A DNA stretch of 64,000 bases, from the IMG/VR virus record IMGVR_UViG_3300021399_004731. The stretch is one strand, 5' to 3'. The translations under genes and the position numbers were made by a program. Source of the stretch: a virus (taxonomy: Duplodnaviria > Heunggongvirae > Uroviricota > Caudoviricetes). How positions within the stretch are numbered: position 1 is the stretch's first letter; each line of letters starts with the position of its first letter. The notes under the pieces are model-generated. The model saw only the letters and a list, made by a program, of their open reading frames with translations. It was not told where the DNA came from and made no database searches. Below, piece by piece: positions 9,187 to 18,214 of this stretch.

Positions 9187-11451
9187 CTATGCGACCTTGA
9201 CATTACGCTCATCACTGACATTGAGAGACGCTTTAACAGCTTCAGTGTTTTCTTCAGACTTGAGCAGTCTGGAGAGTGAGGCATTCATTCTTTCCTTCAT
9301 GTCCATGAACAGCTCATAGCCTGTCTTGGAGAATTCATCAAGTGGATTGTACTGGGCGTAGGAACGAAGTCCGATGCCGTTTTTCAGCACGGTCATGTCC
9401 ATCAGCTGTTTCTTCCACTCCTCGTCCATCAGATAGAGGGAACCCATCTTCATGCGTTCCATGAAGCTGTCGAGCGTGCCAGCCTCCTGCTTCTTCTTGG
9501 CTTCCTGCATGAATGAGGCAATGGCGGATTCCTCTACGCCCATCCTCCTGTAGGCTTTAGATAGCGTGTCGGCATTATCAGCCGTAAAGATGGCTTTTCT
9601 GTAGTTGTAGAAGACGGTTCTCTGCATGTGCGTAAACTCGTCATACTTCAGCTCTTCCGTTCTCTGGTCGTAGCTGATGCCTTCCATCTTCTTCTGGGCG
9701 GATTCCATGACACTGTTAAGCATCTTGGAACGCAATGGCTTGTCATCGGTCACACCTTCCACATAGGATGACAGCATGCCAATACCCAGCCTCTTGACTA
9801 AATCATCCTCAAGGGAAAGATAGAACTGCGTGCATCCAGGGTCACCCTGTCTGCCAGCACGTCCCCTGAGCTGGTTGTCGATGCGTCTTGCTTCATGTCT
9901 CTCGCTGCCAATGACGGCCAGCCCGCCAAGCTCCTTCACGCCCTCGCCTAGCTTGATGTCCGTGCCTCGTCCTGCCATGTTGGTGGCAATCGTAACACGT
10001 CCCTTCTCGCCTGCTCTTGCAATGATTTCTGCTTCTCTTGCATGATTCTTGGCATTGAGGACGCTGTGAGGAATGCCCTTTTCCGTAAGCATCTGACTCA
10101 GCAGCTCGGAGACTTCTACTGATGCAGTGCCCAGCAGCACAGGCTGTCCTTTTTCATGCCTGCTCATGACATCTTTGATGATGGCGTTATACTTAGCCTT
10201 TTTAGTGGCAAATACCAGGTCAATGCCGTCTTCCCTGATGTTCTTCTGATGTGTTGGAATGCAGACGACCTTCATGTTATAGGTCATCATGAACTCCTCT
10301 TCTTCCGTCTTTGCCGTGCCCGTCATGCCTGAGAGCTTGTAGAAGAGCCTGAAGAGGTTCTGGTATGTAATGGAAGCCTGGATAGATGTCTCATCCGTAA
10401 TAGGTACGCCTTCCTTTGCCTCGATGGCCTGATGAAGTCCATAGGAGTATGTTCTGTTCTCCATGACACGTCCTGTATTGGCATCAATGATGGCAATGTC
10501 TGAGCCGTTAGGATTATTGACAACCATGTAGTCCTTGTCGGCAAAGAAGAGATAATTAGCTCTTAGAGCCTGCATGATGCGGTGATAGATGTCTCTGTTC
10601 TCCCTGTCCATGAGGTTGTCCGTATGGAACGTCTTCTCCGCCTTCTTGATGCCTTCAGGCGTCAGGGAAATCTGATTGTCCTCATAGTTGATTTTATAGT
10701 CCTTGTCTTCGCCGAGCCCCTTGACAAACCTGTCTGCAGATGTATAGGTGTCAGCTTCTTCTCTGGCATTGCCAGAGATGATGAGAGGTGTCTTGGCATC
10801 ATCAATAAGGATGGCATCTACTTCATCAATGAGGGCATAGTTGAGCGTATCCCTCATGACGACATTATCAGCCCTGTAAGCCATGTTATCTCTCAGGTAG
10901 TCAAAGCCAAGTTCCGAATCAGTCGTATAGAGGATGTCTTTCTTATACTGTTCCTGCTTGTAGGCATATCCAGAATCTGGTCTGTTGAATCCGACTGTCA
11001 GTCCAAGGGCTGTCAGCACCTTGCCATTGTTTGTCGCATCACGTTCAGCCAGGTAGTCATTAGGCATGATGACATAGACACCCTTGCCTTCAAGGGCATT
11101 CAGGTAGGCTGGAAAGATGCCTGTCAACGTCTTGCCTGAGCCCGTTGCCATCTCAGCAATGTCGCCATGATGAAGAGCAATGGCTCCCATCAGCTGTTCC
11201 TTATAGGCTGATAGTCCCAGCTTTCTTTTTGCCATCTCCCTGACAACGGCATAGGCATCATTGAGAATGCTGTCTAGCGAGTTGCCTTCCTTAAGAACGG
11301 TCCTGAAGGCTTCCGTCTGTTCCTTCAGCTCCTCATCGCTCTTGCTGGCATAGACGCTTTCCAGCATCATAATCTGTTCTGCCTGTTTTTCCAGTCTTTT
11401 CAGTTCCCTGCCTTCACCTGAAAACAGTTTCTTGAGTTTCATATATTGCAA
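9187..11451 (-). CDS. secA: Preprotein translocase ATPase SecA (short form, 754 aa, lacks the C-terminal zinc-binding tail; an accessory SecA2 cannot be excluded)
   Basis: N-terminus closely parallels SecA (LKRLEK...YAVVREMAKRKLGLSAYKEQLMGAIALHHGDIAEMATGSGKTLTGIFPAYLNAL). DEAD motor motifs and PPXD present. Confidence 0.85.
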   Translation of the reverse strand: MQYMKLKKLFSGEGRELKRLEKQAEQIMMLESVYASKSDEELKEQTEAFRTVLKEGNSLDSILNDAYAVVREMAKRKLGLSAYKEQLMGAIALHHGDIAEMATGSGKTLTGIFPAYLNALEGKGVYVIMPNDYLAERDATNNGKVLTALGLTVGFNRPDSGYAYKQEQYKKDILYTTDSELGFDYLRDNMAYRADNVVMRDTLNYALIDEVDAILIDDAKTPLIISGNAREEADTYTSADRFVKGLGEDKDYKINYEDNQISLTPEGIKKAEKTFHTDNLMDRENRDIYHRIMQALRANYLFFADKDYMVVNNPNGSDIAIIDANTGRVMENRTYSYGLHQAIEAKEGVPITDETSIQASITYQNLFRLFYKLSGMTGTAKTEEEEFMMTYNMKVVCIPTHQKNIREDGIDLVFATKKAKYNAIIKDVMSRHEKGQPVLLGTASVEVSELLSQMLTEKGIPHSVLNAKNHAREAEIIARAGEKGRVTIATNMAGRGTDIKLGEGVKELGGLAVIGSERHEARRIDNQLRGRAGRQGDPGCTQFYLSLEDDLVKRLGIGMLSSYVEGVTDDKPLRSKMLNSVMESAQKKMEGISYDQRTEELKYDEFTHMQRTVFYNYRKAIFTADNADTLSKAYRRMGVEESAIASFMQEAKKKQEAGTLDSFMERMKMGSLYLMDEEWKKQLMDMTVLKNGIGLRSYAQYNPLDEFSKTGYELFMDMKERMNASLSRLLKSEENTEAVKASLNVSDERNVKVA

Positions 11452-11632
11452 TACCTCCTGATATGTCTTTTACTAATCAATTAATACTTTAATATTTAAT
11501 CATATAATCTGCATGAATGTGATATAATATCTAAAATCGTTATAAATGCTGATAAAATGCATAATATTCAGCAAATATGATTAAATATATTCATACATAA
11601 AGAAAGCAGAGATGCGGGAGGAATGCTGAAAG

Positions 11633-12279
11633 ATGTCAAGAGGAATCATCTATGTCATGTCAACGGTCGTGCCAGGACTGGTCAAGATTGGAAAGACGGG
11701 AGCAGATAGCTTTGAAAGTAGAATGTACAGCCTAGAGAGAAACGGATATTCCAATGTCGTAGGACTGCACAGGGAATTCGCCATCATGGTGGATGACTAT
11801 GATGAGAAGGAATGTCTTCTTGATGACATCTTTAGCAAATCCAGAGCCCCAATACGGAACTCTTTGCCTTGGACATCAACATGGTTATCCAGCTGCTTTC
11901 GTCATTCGAGGGAGAACAGGTGTTCCCAGAGACCAAGACCAAGGAAGAGGTCTTTGATGATGCCGTCATGAGGACGGAGAAAGATGCAGAGACTGCTATT
12001 GATAATGCAGATGCATCAGTCAGACCATCCAGACCTAAGCAGGATGCCAGATGCATTCCTGATGGCATCTACCGACTCAGCAGAAGACTAAAGAGAAACG
12101 GCAAGCAGCTCACCACAGCTGAAGCCATTGTCAGGGATGGCGTCTTCATCATCACAAAAGGCACAATCATCAGTCCAACTGATGCAATGGGACTGTCTGA
12201 CACGCTTAAGGAGATGAGGCACTCACCTGAATACGTCAAGGAGGCTGTCGTGCAGAAGAATGTGGAGTTTATACAATAG
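11633..12279 (+). pseudogene. T5orf172 (GIY-YIG-like N-terminus + DUF4357 C-terminus) family gene disrupted by a -1 frameshift in a C4 homopolymer
   Basis: Track ORFs 11633..11971 (IYVMSTVVPGLVKIGKTG...) and 11869..12279 (LDINMVIQLLSSFEGEQVFPE...GIYRLSRRLKRNGKQLTTAEAIVRDGVFIITKGTIISPTDAMGLS) belong to one protein but lie in different frames. Inserting one C into cccc at 11847-11850 restores ...SRAPNTELFALDINMV... Confidence 0.55.
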
Positions 12280-12318
12280 GCAAAAATAAAGGCTCCCAAA
12301 AAGGAGTCTTTTCTCATT

Positions 12319-12726
12319 TTACCATATTTCATATTTATCGTCCTCACTAGGACCATACATCTTAATGAGAATGGCTTTGAAGATTTTTTCAAAGCTATTT
12401 TTTACAAAAAATGAAACTGGAGCCGTAATGATGAACATCATCACGAATAATGGCGAAAACGCCAGTGCAAACAAGAACTTGTTTGCAATTCTGCCTGCAA
12501 TCAGTGCTGGTGGAACAACAAGCACACAGGCATAACAAAATACCAATCCAACAGCAATAACAAAAACTATTGCCATCAATAATAAACCGACAACAGTGCC
12601 AAGCACTGCATGTCTATTTAAAAAATATTCGTTTTTCATAAATATCCTCTTTTCCGATGGCATCTCAGCAATCATTAAATTTCTGCACAGATGAAAAAGA
12701 GAGAGAATATCAGAAAAATCCAACAT
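12319..12726 (-). CDS. Small polytopic membrane protein
   Basis: ORF track. Three hydrophobic helices. Confidence 0.4.
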   Translation of the reverse strand: MLDFSDILSLFHLCRNLMIAEMPSEKRIFMKNEYFLNRHAVLGTVVGLLLMAIVFVIAVGLVFCYACVLVVPPALIAGRIANKFLFALAFSPLFVMMFIITAPVSFFVKNSFEKIFKAILIKMYGPSEDDKYEIW

Positions 12727-12999
12727 CGCCAGTACAGTCGGCGGAAATGGAATATCCTAATCCTCTCTTTTGCATTTAAAAATGCAATCTTGCAGATATA
12801 TTGATATTAAATCATATATTTCTTAAAAAAACATCTATTGTTTTGAATTTCAATATATTAGAATACAGCATGATAGAGCTTGTTTTATTGCACCGTGCAT
12901 TCCTCTATCAGAATAACGCCTATACGGCTCCATCACGCCATAACACACTCATATTGCATAAAAAAGCAAAGTGCCCAGCATTACGCCAGGCACTGTTTG

Positions 13000-15900
13000 C
13001 TATTCCTTGATATAAATATCATTATATCTGTCAATGAAGGCTCTGAGCATTTCTATGACGTTGTTCTTGATGCTATCCCTCAGTCCAGCTGTCATGAACC
13101 TTGAGACAGGCGGCAGGAAGGCATCAATATCCGTGCCCGTCTCCTTCATCTCGCCCTGCTCCAGGCACTGCATGATGAAGGCACGAGCCTTTTCACCATT
13201 CAGCCTGTTGGCAGTGATGATGTCATTCAGGTCCTTGTCAAAGGATTCCTTGACAAAGGCTCTCCACGCCTTGTCTACATCGCTTTCCTCTACATTCATT
13301 TTCCTGATGAATCTCGCAATCAGTTCCTTCTTGGACTGCAGCCTGATGGAGGAATCAGCAGCCTTGAGAATCTCTGCCTCGGCTGTCTCATCCATTGTAT
13401 TGTCTGCATGATGTCTGGCAACCATCTCCAGGATGTAGTCAATGCCGATTTCTATCTGCTTGACCAGTTCCATCTCAAAGGTGATGTCATCAGCAATGTC
13501 TTCCTTCTCTGCATCATGATGGTACTTGCGGTACAGTCCGATGTAGCGTGACTGGTAGTCCTGCATCTCCCTGTCAGAGAGCAGCTTTTCCTTTTCAAAC
13601 CTGTCAAAGGAGGACAGGATGCTCATGACTCTTAGCAGGCTGCCAAATGTGGCAATGAAGTCCTTTTCCTCATGTTCGCCAGCAGGCTGATAGCCATCAG
13701 GATATTGCCGTTTTAATTTGTCAGCAATCTCTGAGTAGCCTGCATGATGAGAGCCGTCATCCTCATCATAGCCATGGTAGTAGGAGTCGTAGTCCCTGAG
13801 AAGGACGACACTGCTGGCACCGCTGTCACCGAAGACGGCAATGGCACTGTCAACGGCTTTCTGAAGATTCCTGAAGCATACGATGTTGCCATATGTCTTG
13901 ATGGAATTGAGGATTCTGTTTGTCCTGCTGAATGCCTGGATGAGTCCATGCATCTTGAGATTCTTGTCACACCATAATGTAGAGCAGGTCGTGGCATCAA
14001 AGCCAGTCAGGAACATGTTGACGACAATCAGCATGTCAATTTCCCTGTTCTTCATTCTCATGGAGACATCCTTATAGTAGTTCTGGAAGTCGCCAGATGA
14101 GGCAAAGGCAGTATGGAACATGGCATCATAGTCCTTCATGGCATTGTACAGGGCTTCCTTTCCTGTGGCATCCAGCCCATCGATGCTGAATCCCTCATCA
14201 TCCAGTATGCCGTCATCACCTGCCTCCTCATTAGGGCTGTAGCTGAAGATGGTGGCAATCTTGAGGTCACTGCCTCTTTCTGCTATCTGACGCTTGAACT
14301 CCAGGTAGTAGCGGATGGCGGCTTTGACGGACTGGCAGGCAAAGATGCTGTTGAATCCTCTCTCCCTTCTTCCACGCAGCTCATAGGTCTTGCTGCGTCT
14401 TGTCTTCCTGTCATAGTTGTCCAGCGTATAGGTGACGATGCCACTGATACGTTCCATGGAAAACAGGGCACTCTCGCTGCTGATGCCTTCTGACATGTCG
14501 TCCATGATGTCCTTGGCCTTCATGGTATTGACGTAATCAATCCTGAAAGGCAGCACGTTGCCGTCCCTGATGGCATCGACAATCGTATAGGTATGCAGCC
14601 TGTCGCCAAACAGCTGAGGCGTTGTTGACAGTCCAGGAGATGCCGAATGACTGGCATTGATGGAGAAGATTGGCGTGCCTGTAAAGCCAAAGAGAAAATA
14701 CTTCTTGAAGAAATGCGTAATCTGCTTATGCATCTCGCCAAACTGGGAACGGTGGCATTCATCAAAGATGATGACGACACGTTCATTGGCAACCTTATGT
14801 CCAGCATTCTTCTTGACGAATCCAGAGAGCTTCTGGATGGTCGTGATGATGATAGGATAGTCATGAGGATTGCCTTTTTCATCCTTTCCTGACAGCTGTC
14901 TTTCCAGTACGGCCGTTGACGTGTTGCCATCAGCCGCTCCCTTCTGGAACCTGTCATACTCCTTCATGGTCTGGTAGTCCAGGTCCTTCCTGTCCACAAC
15001 GAAGAGCACCCTGTCCACGCAATCCAGCTGTGTGGCGAGCTGTGCCGTCTTGAAGGATGTCAGCGTCTTGCCCGTGCCTGTTGAATGCCAGATATAGCCT
15101 CCAGCCTCAATGGTGCCTTCCTTATGGTAGTTGCCTGCCAGCACGATGCGATTAAGAATCTTCTCGGTGGCCGTAATCTGGTAAGGCCTCATGACAAGAA
15201 GCAGGTCCTCGGACGTCAGGATGCAGTAGCGTGTCAGGATGTTCAGCAGCGTATGACGGGCAAAGAAGGTCGCCGTGAAGTCCATCAGGTCATGAATGAT
15301 GGCATTGCTGGCATCTGCCCAGTAGGAAGTGAATTCAAAGGAGTTGGATGTCTTCTTGCCGCTCCTTGCTCCATGCATTTCCCTGATATGACTACTTCTG
15401 GTTGTGTTGGAATAGTACTTTGTATAGGTGCCGTTGCTGATGACGAATATCTGGACGTATTCAAAGAGTCCAGAGCCGCTCCAGAAGGATTCACGCTGAT
15501 ACCTGTCAATCTGGCTGAATGCCTCACGCAAATCCACGCCCCTCCTCTTCAGCTCGACATGGACGAGAGGCAGTCCGTTCACCAGGATGGTGACATCATA
15601 CCTGTTGTCATGCGTGCCCTGTGATGTAGCATACTGATGCAGCACCTGCAGGCTGTTGTGATGGATGTTCTTTCTGTCAATCAGCATGTAGTTGATGCAT
15701 GAGCCGTCATCCCTGACCAGCGTCCTGATGTTGTCCTGCTGAATGGCTCGTGTCTTCTCCACGATGCCGTCATTGCTGTTGGCAATATCCTTTTCCAGGA
15801 TGGTCTTCCATTCATTGTCCGTGAATGTCGTTCCGTTCAGCTTTTCCATCTGCTTCCTGAGGTTGTCCAGCAGCCCCCGCTCGTCATGAATATCAAGACG

Positions 15901-16047
15901 CTCATAGCCCTGCCTCTCCAGCCTGCTGATAAAGGCCTCCTCCAGCTGTGCCTCAGACTGATAGCCTGTCGATTTCTTTTCCTCTGGCACATATTCTGAT
16001 ACCACCGTAGATTCATCAGATGATGCCAGCACATTATATTCTTTCAT
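13000..16047 (-). CDS. hsdR: Type I restriction enzyme R subunit (HsdR)
   Basis: 1015 aa. HsdR-N-like N-terminus. SF2 helicase motifs (WHSTGTGKT Walker A, FDECHRSQFG DEAH box). Sits in an operon context with hsdM/hsdS. Confidence 0.88.
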   Translation of the reverse strand: MKEYNVLASSDESTVVSEYVPEEKKSTGYQSEAQLEEAFISRLERQGYERLDIHDERGLLDNLRKQMEKLNGTTFTDNEWKTILEKDIANSNDGIVEKTRAIQQDNIRTLVRDDGSCINYMLIDRKNIHHNSLQVLHQYATSQGTHDNRYDVTILVNGLPLVHVELKRRGVDLREAFSQIDRYQRESFWSGSGLFEYVQIFVISNGTYTKYYSNTTRSSHIREMHGARSGKKTSNSFEFTSYWADASNAIIHDLMDFTATFFARHTLLNILTRYCILTSEDLLLVMRPYQITATEKILNRIVLAGNYHKEGTIEAGGYIWHSTGTGKTLTSFKTAQLATQLDCVDRVLFVVDRKDLDYQTMKEYDRFQKGAADGNTSTAVLERQLSGKDEKGNPHDYPIIITTIQKLSGFVKKNAGHKVANERVVIIFDECHRSQFGEMHKQITHFFKKYFLFGFTGTPIFSINASHSASPGLSTTPQLFGDRLHTYTIVDAIRDGNVLPFRIDYVNTMKAKDIMDDMSEGISSESALFSMERISGIVTYTLDNYDRKTRRSKTYELRGRRERGFNSIFACQSVKAAIRYYLEFKRQIAERGSDLKIATIFSYSPNEEAGDDGILDDEGFSIDGLDATGKEALYNAMKDYDAMFHTAFASSGDFQNYYKDVSMRMKNREIDMLIVVNMFLTGFDATTCSTLWCDKNLKMHGLIQAFSRTNRILNSIKTYGNIVCFRNLQKAVDSAIAVFGDSGASSVVLLRDYDSYYHGYDEDDGSHHAGYSEIADKLKRQYPDGYQPAGEHEEKDFIATFGSLLRVMSILSSFDRFEKEKLLSDREMQDYQSRYIGLYRKYHHDAEKEDIADDITFEMELVKQIEIGIDYILEMVARHHADNTMDETAEAEILKAADSSIRLQSKKELIARFIRKMNVEESDVDKAWRAFVKESFDKDLNDIITANRLNGEKARAFIMQCLEQGEMKETGTDIDAFLPPVSRFMTAGLRDSIKNNVIEMLRAFIDRYNDIYIKE

Positions 16048-16329
16048 TTACTTTTTCACGCTCCTGTGTTTTATGATTTTCCTATGTTGCTTTTATGATT
16101 TGACATATATATTTATTATATATTAGAATTTCCTGCATCGTATTTACGATATCTGCAAGAGATGGGCGTGCATCTCGTGTCGCTCGTTCCACTCATTTTG
16201 CAATGAGAATGCACCTCGTTGCATTCTCGTCTGTCACGAGATACATTCTCGTTGCGCTTTTTCATGATACGAGATTAATTCTCGTTGCATTTTTATCAAA
16301 GAGAGGACAGCCAAAACAGATGGCTGTCT

Positions 16330-16845
16330 TTACATCCCCAGGCGGTCGATTATCTTGTTGACTGTCTTCTGGTAGTCCTTCTTCGATGAGACAACGAGGA
16401 CAGCATTATCCCTGCATATGACTCTGTAGTATCTATCATTGACATCGTTGGTATAATCAGCATAGTTGTCCATCTCTCTTTCTGACACGGCAATAAAGGA
16501 TTTATCTGAATCATAGGATTTCTGTATCTCCTGCTTCTGTAAGGCATAGAAGCTCTTTGCGGTATTTTTTGAATCAAGGATATAGTAGCTGAAGGCATAC
16601 TTTTCTGGCATGTCTGCCTTGATGCCAGACCTGACATGTCTGTATTCGTTATTGCCTTTCAGTGATATCGTGTTGATGACAGGAAAGCTATTCTGTTTCA
16701 TGACCTTACGAAAGTCATCCATTGTCATAACGTTTGTCGGGCATGAGATGGATGACGGCTGCATGGGTCGAGGAAAGCTGCATCCCGTCAGCATCAAGAC
16801 AGCCGACAGCATGCAGGATGCCATCCTGATGACAGGTCTTATCAT
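16330..16845 (-). CDS. Lipoprotein of unknown function, inserted between hsdS and hsdR
   Basis: Signal peptide plus lipobox LMLTGCSF. Confidence 0.5.
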   Translation of the reverse strand: MIRPVIRMASCMLSAVLMLTGCSFPRPMQPSSISCPTNVMTMDDFRKVMKQNSFPVINTISLKGNNEYRHVRSGIKADMPEKYAFSYYILDSKNTAKSFYALQKQEIQKSYDSDKSFIAVSEREMDNYADYTNDVNDRYYRVICRDNAVLVVSSKKDYQKTVNKIIDRLGM

Positions 16846-16990
16846 GTTCTCTCACCTCCTGGAAAATGTTTTAAAAATGTATAATATATAGCAATATACA
16901 TTGATATTTAATCATAATCGTGCATATAAAAAGGACATGATGAAACATGTCCTCAATGATAGAAATATATGATTGCAGATAATACATGCA

Positions 16991-18214
16991 CTATGACTGC
17001 AGGTGTGGGAAATCCAGCATCCTGTCACGGTAGTAGGCATACTGCTTGTTGCGTGCCTCTATTTCAGCTGGCAGTCCTGAGGTGAGGTCGGTGCAGACGC
17101 ATTCCAGGTCATGGAGAAAGGCAACTGTCCTCTTCTGCGTTTCGATGTCTGGCACTGGAACGTAAATGCGGTTCCAGCGGTCAACATCCATTCTGACACG
17201 GGCACCGACTTCCACGTATCTGTTGATGCCAGCCATGACTAGGGAGGTCTTGAACAGCAGTGCTAGATAATCAGGGAGAATGACGTTTTCGTCCTTTACG
17301 GTAAACACCTTGTAGGCAGGACTGACTAGTCCAATTTTGTCCGTCATCTTGCCAAGCGTGCCAATGTCAATTCTGGCAGGATTGTAGGCAAACCAGTCAT
17401 TCCTGACCACATAGTACTCGCTCGTATCCTTGCTGGCATGGGCACTTGTGCCTTCCATGCGGTATTCCGACAGAGGAAGCAGTCCAAGACTGTTGCTGAC
17501 GGAATAGACGGGAGCCTGTGATGAAATGTGCTTCTGCCTGAGGCTAGAGAACTGAATCAGCTCGCCTATGCTCATGTACTGCACGTTGTCAGGCATCAGC
17601 TCGCCAGTCAGCAGCTCATCTCTGTAATAGGCGTACTGTTTTGTTCTGGCGGTCAGCTCGGCGGTCAGCTCGGCGGTCAGCTCGGTCATCGTATCCAGCA
17701 CCCTCACGACCTCCCGCTGGACCGCCAGTGGTGGCACGGGGATTTCTATTTCCCTGAACTTGTTCATATCAACAGCCGCCATCGTTCCAGACTTGGTGTT
17801 CCTTTTGCACCACTCATCAATAATGAACCCATAATGGAAGAGATACATTGGCTCAATGGTTTCCTTCATCTCGTCCCTTATGGTCAGCACAGTGAATTGC
17901 TGATTGCACAGGAAAGGCACGCTTATGATTGCGTGCTCCCCTATCGTTGCCGTTGTTGCGAATATCAGTGAGTCAGCCTGAAAGAGCTGACCTTTGACTG
18001 CCTGGGGCGTGACATGCTGAAGTGAATCTGCCAGCACCCTGCCATGTGTTCTGATGTCGTCCATCCTGAACCAAGGCAATGTTCCATTCTCCCAGTATTC
18101 CATATGCTTCTTGGAGGGCGTGTAGCCATTCCTGATTGTGCAGATATCCCCTATCTTCCTATATTCCACCCCATCAGGGCACAGCTCCTTCAACATCTCT
18201 TCTATTCTGCTCAT
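16991..18214 (-). CDS. hsdS: Type I R-M specificity subunit (HsdS), two target-recognition domains
   Basis: Conserved central (ELTAELTAELTARTKQYAYYRDELL) and C-terminal (EIEARNKQYAYYRDRML) coiled-coil repeats of HsdS. 4-nt overlap with hsdM. Confidence 0.85.
   Translation of the reverse strand: MSRIEEMLKELCPDGVEYRKIGDICTIRNGYTPSKKHMEYWENGTLPWFRMDDIRTHGRVLADSLQHVTPQAVKGQLFQADSLIFATTATIGEHAIISVPFLCNQQFTVLTIRDEMKETIEPMYLFHYGFIIDEWCKRNTKSGTMAAVDMNKFREIEIPVPPLAVQREVVRVLDTMTELTAELTAELTARTKQYAYYRDELLTGELMPDNVQYMSIGELIQFSSLRQKHISSQAPVYSVSNSLGLLPLSEYRMEGTSAHASKDTSEYYVVRNDWFAYNPARIDIGTLGKMTDKIGLVSPAYKVFTVKDENVILPDYLALLFKTSLVMAGINRYVEVGARVRMDVDRWNRIYVPVPDIETQKRTVAFLHDLECVCTDLTSGLPAEIEARNKQYAYYRDRMLDFPHLQS

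Noticed and set aside
12069-12392. 107-aa minus-strand ORF
   Set aside because: Antisense to the T5orf172 C-terminal half, with no RBS. A shadow ORF.
14520-15624. Multiple 60-180-aa ORFs on both strands inside hsdR
   Set aside because: Shadow ORFs within a confidently identified 1015-aa gene.
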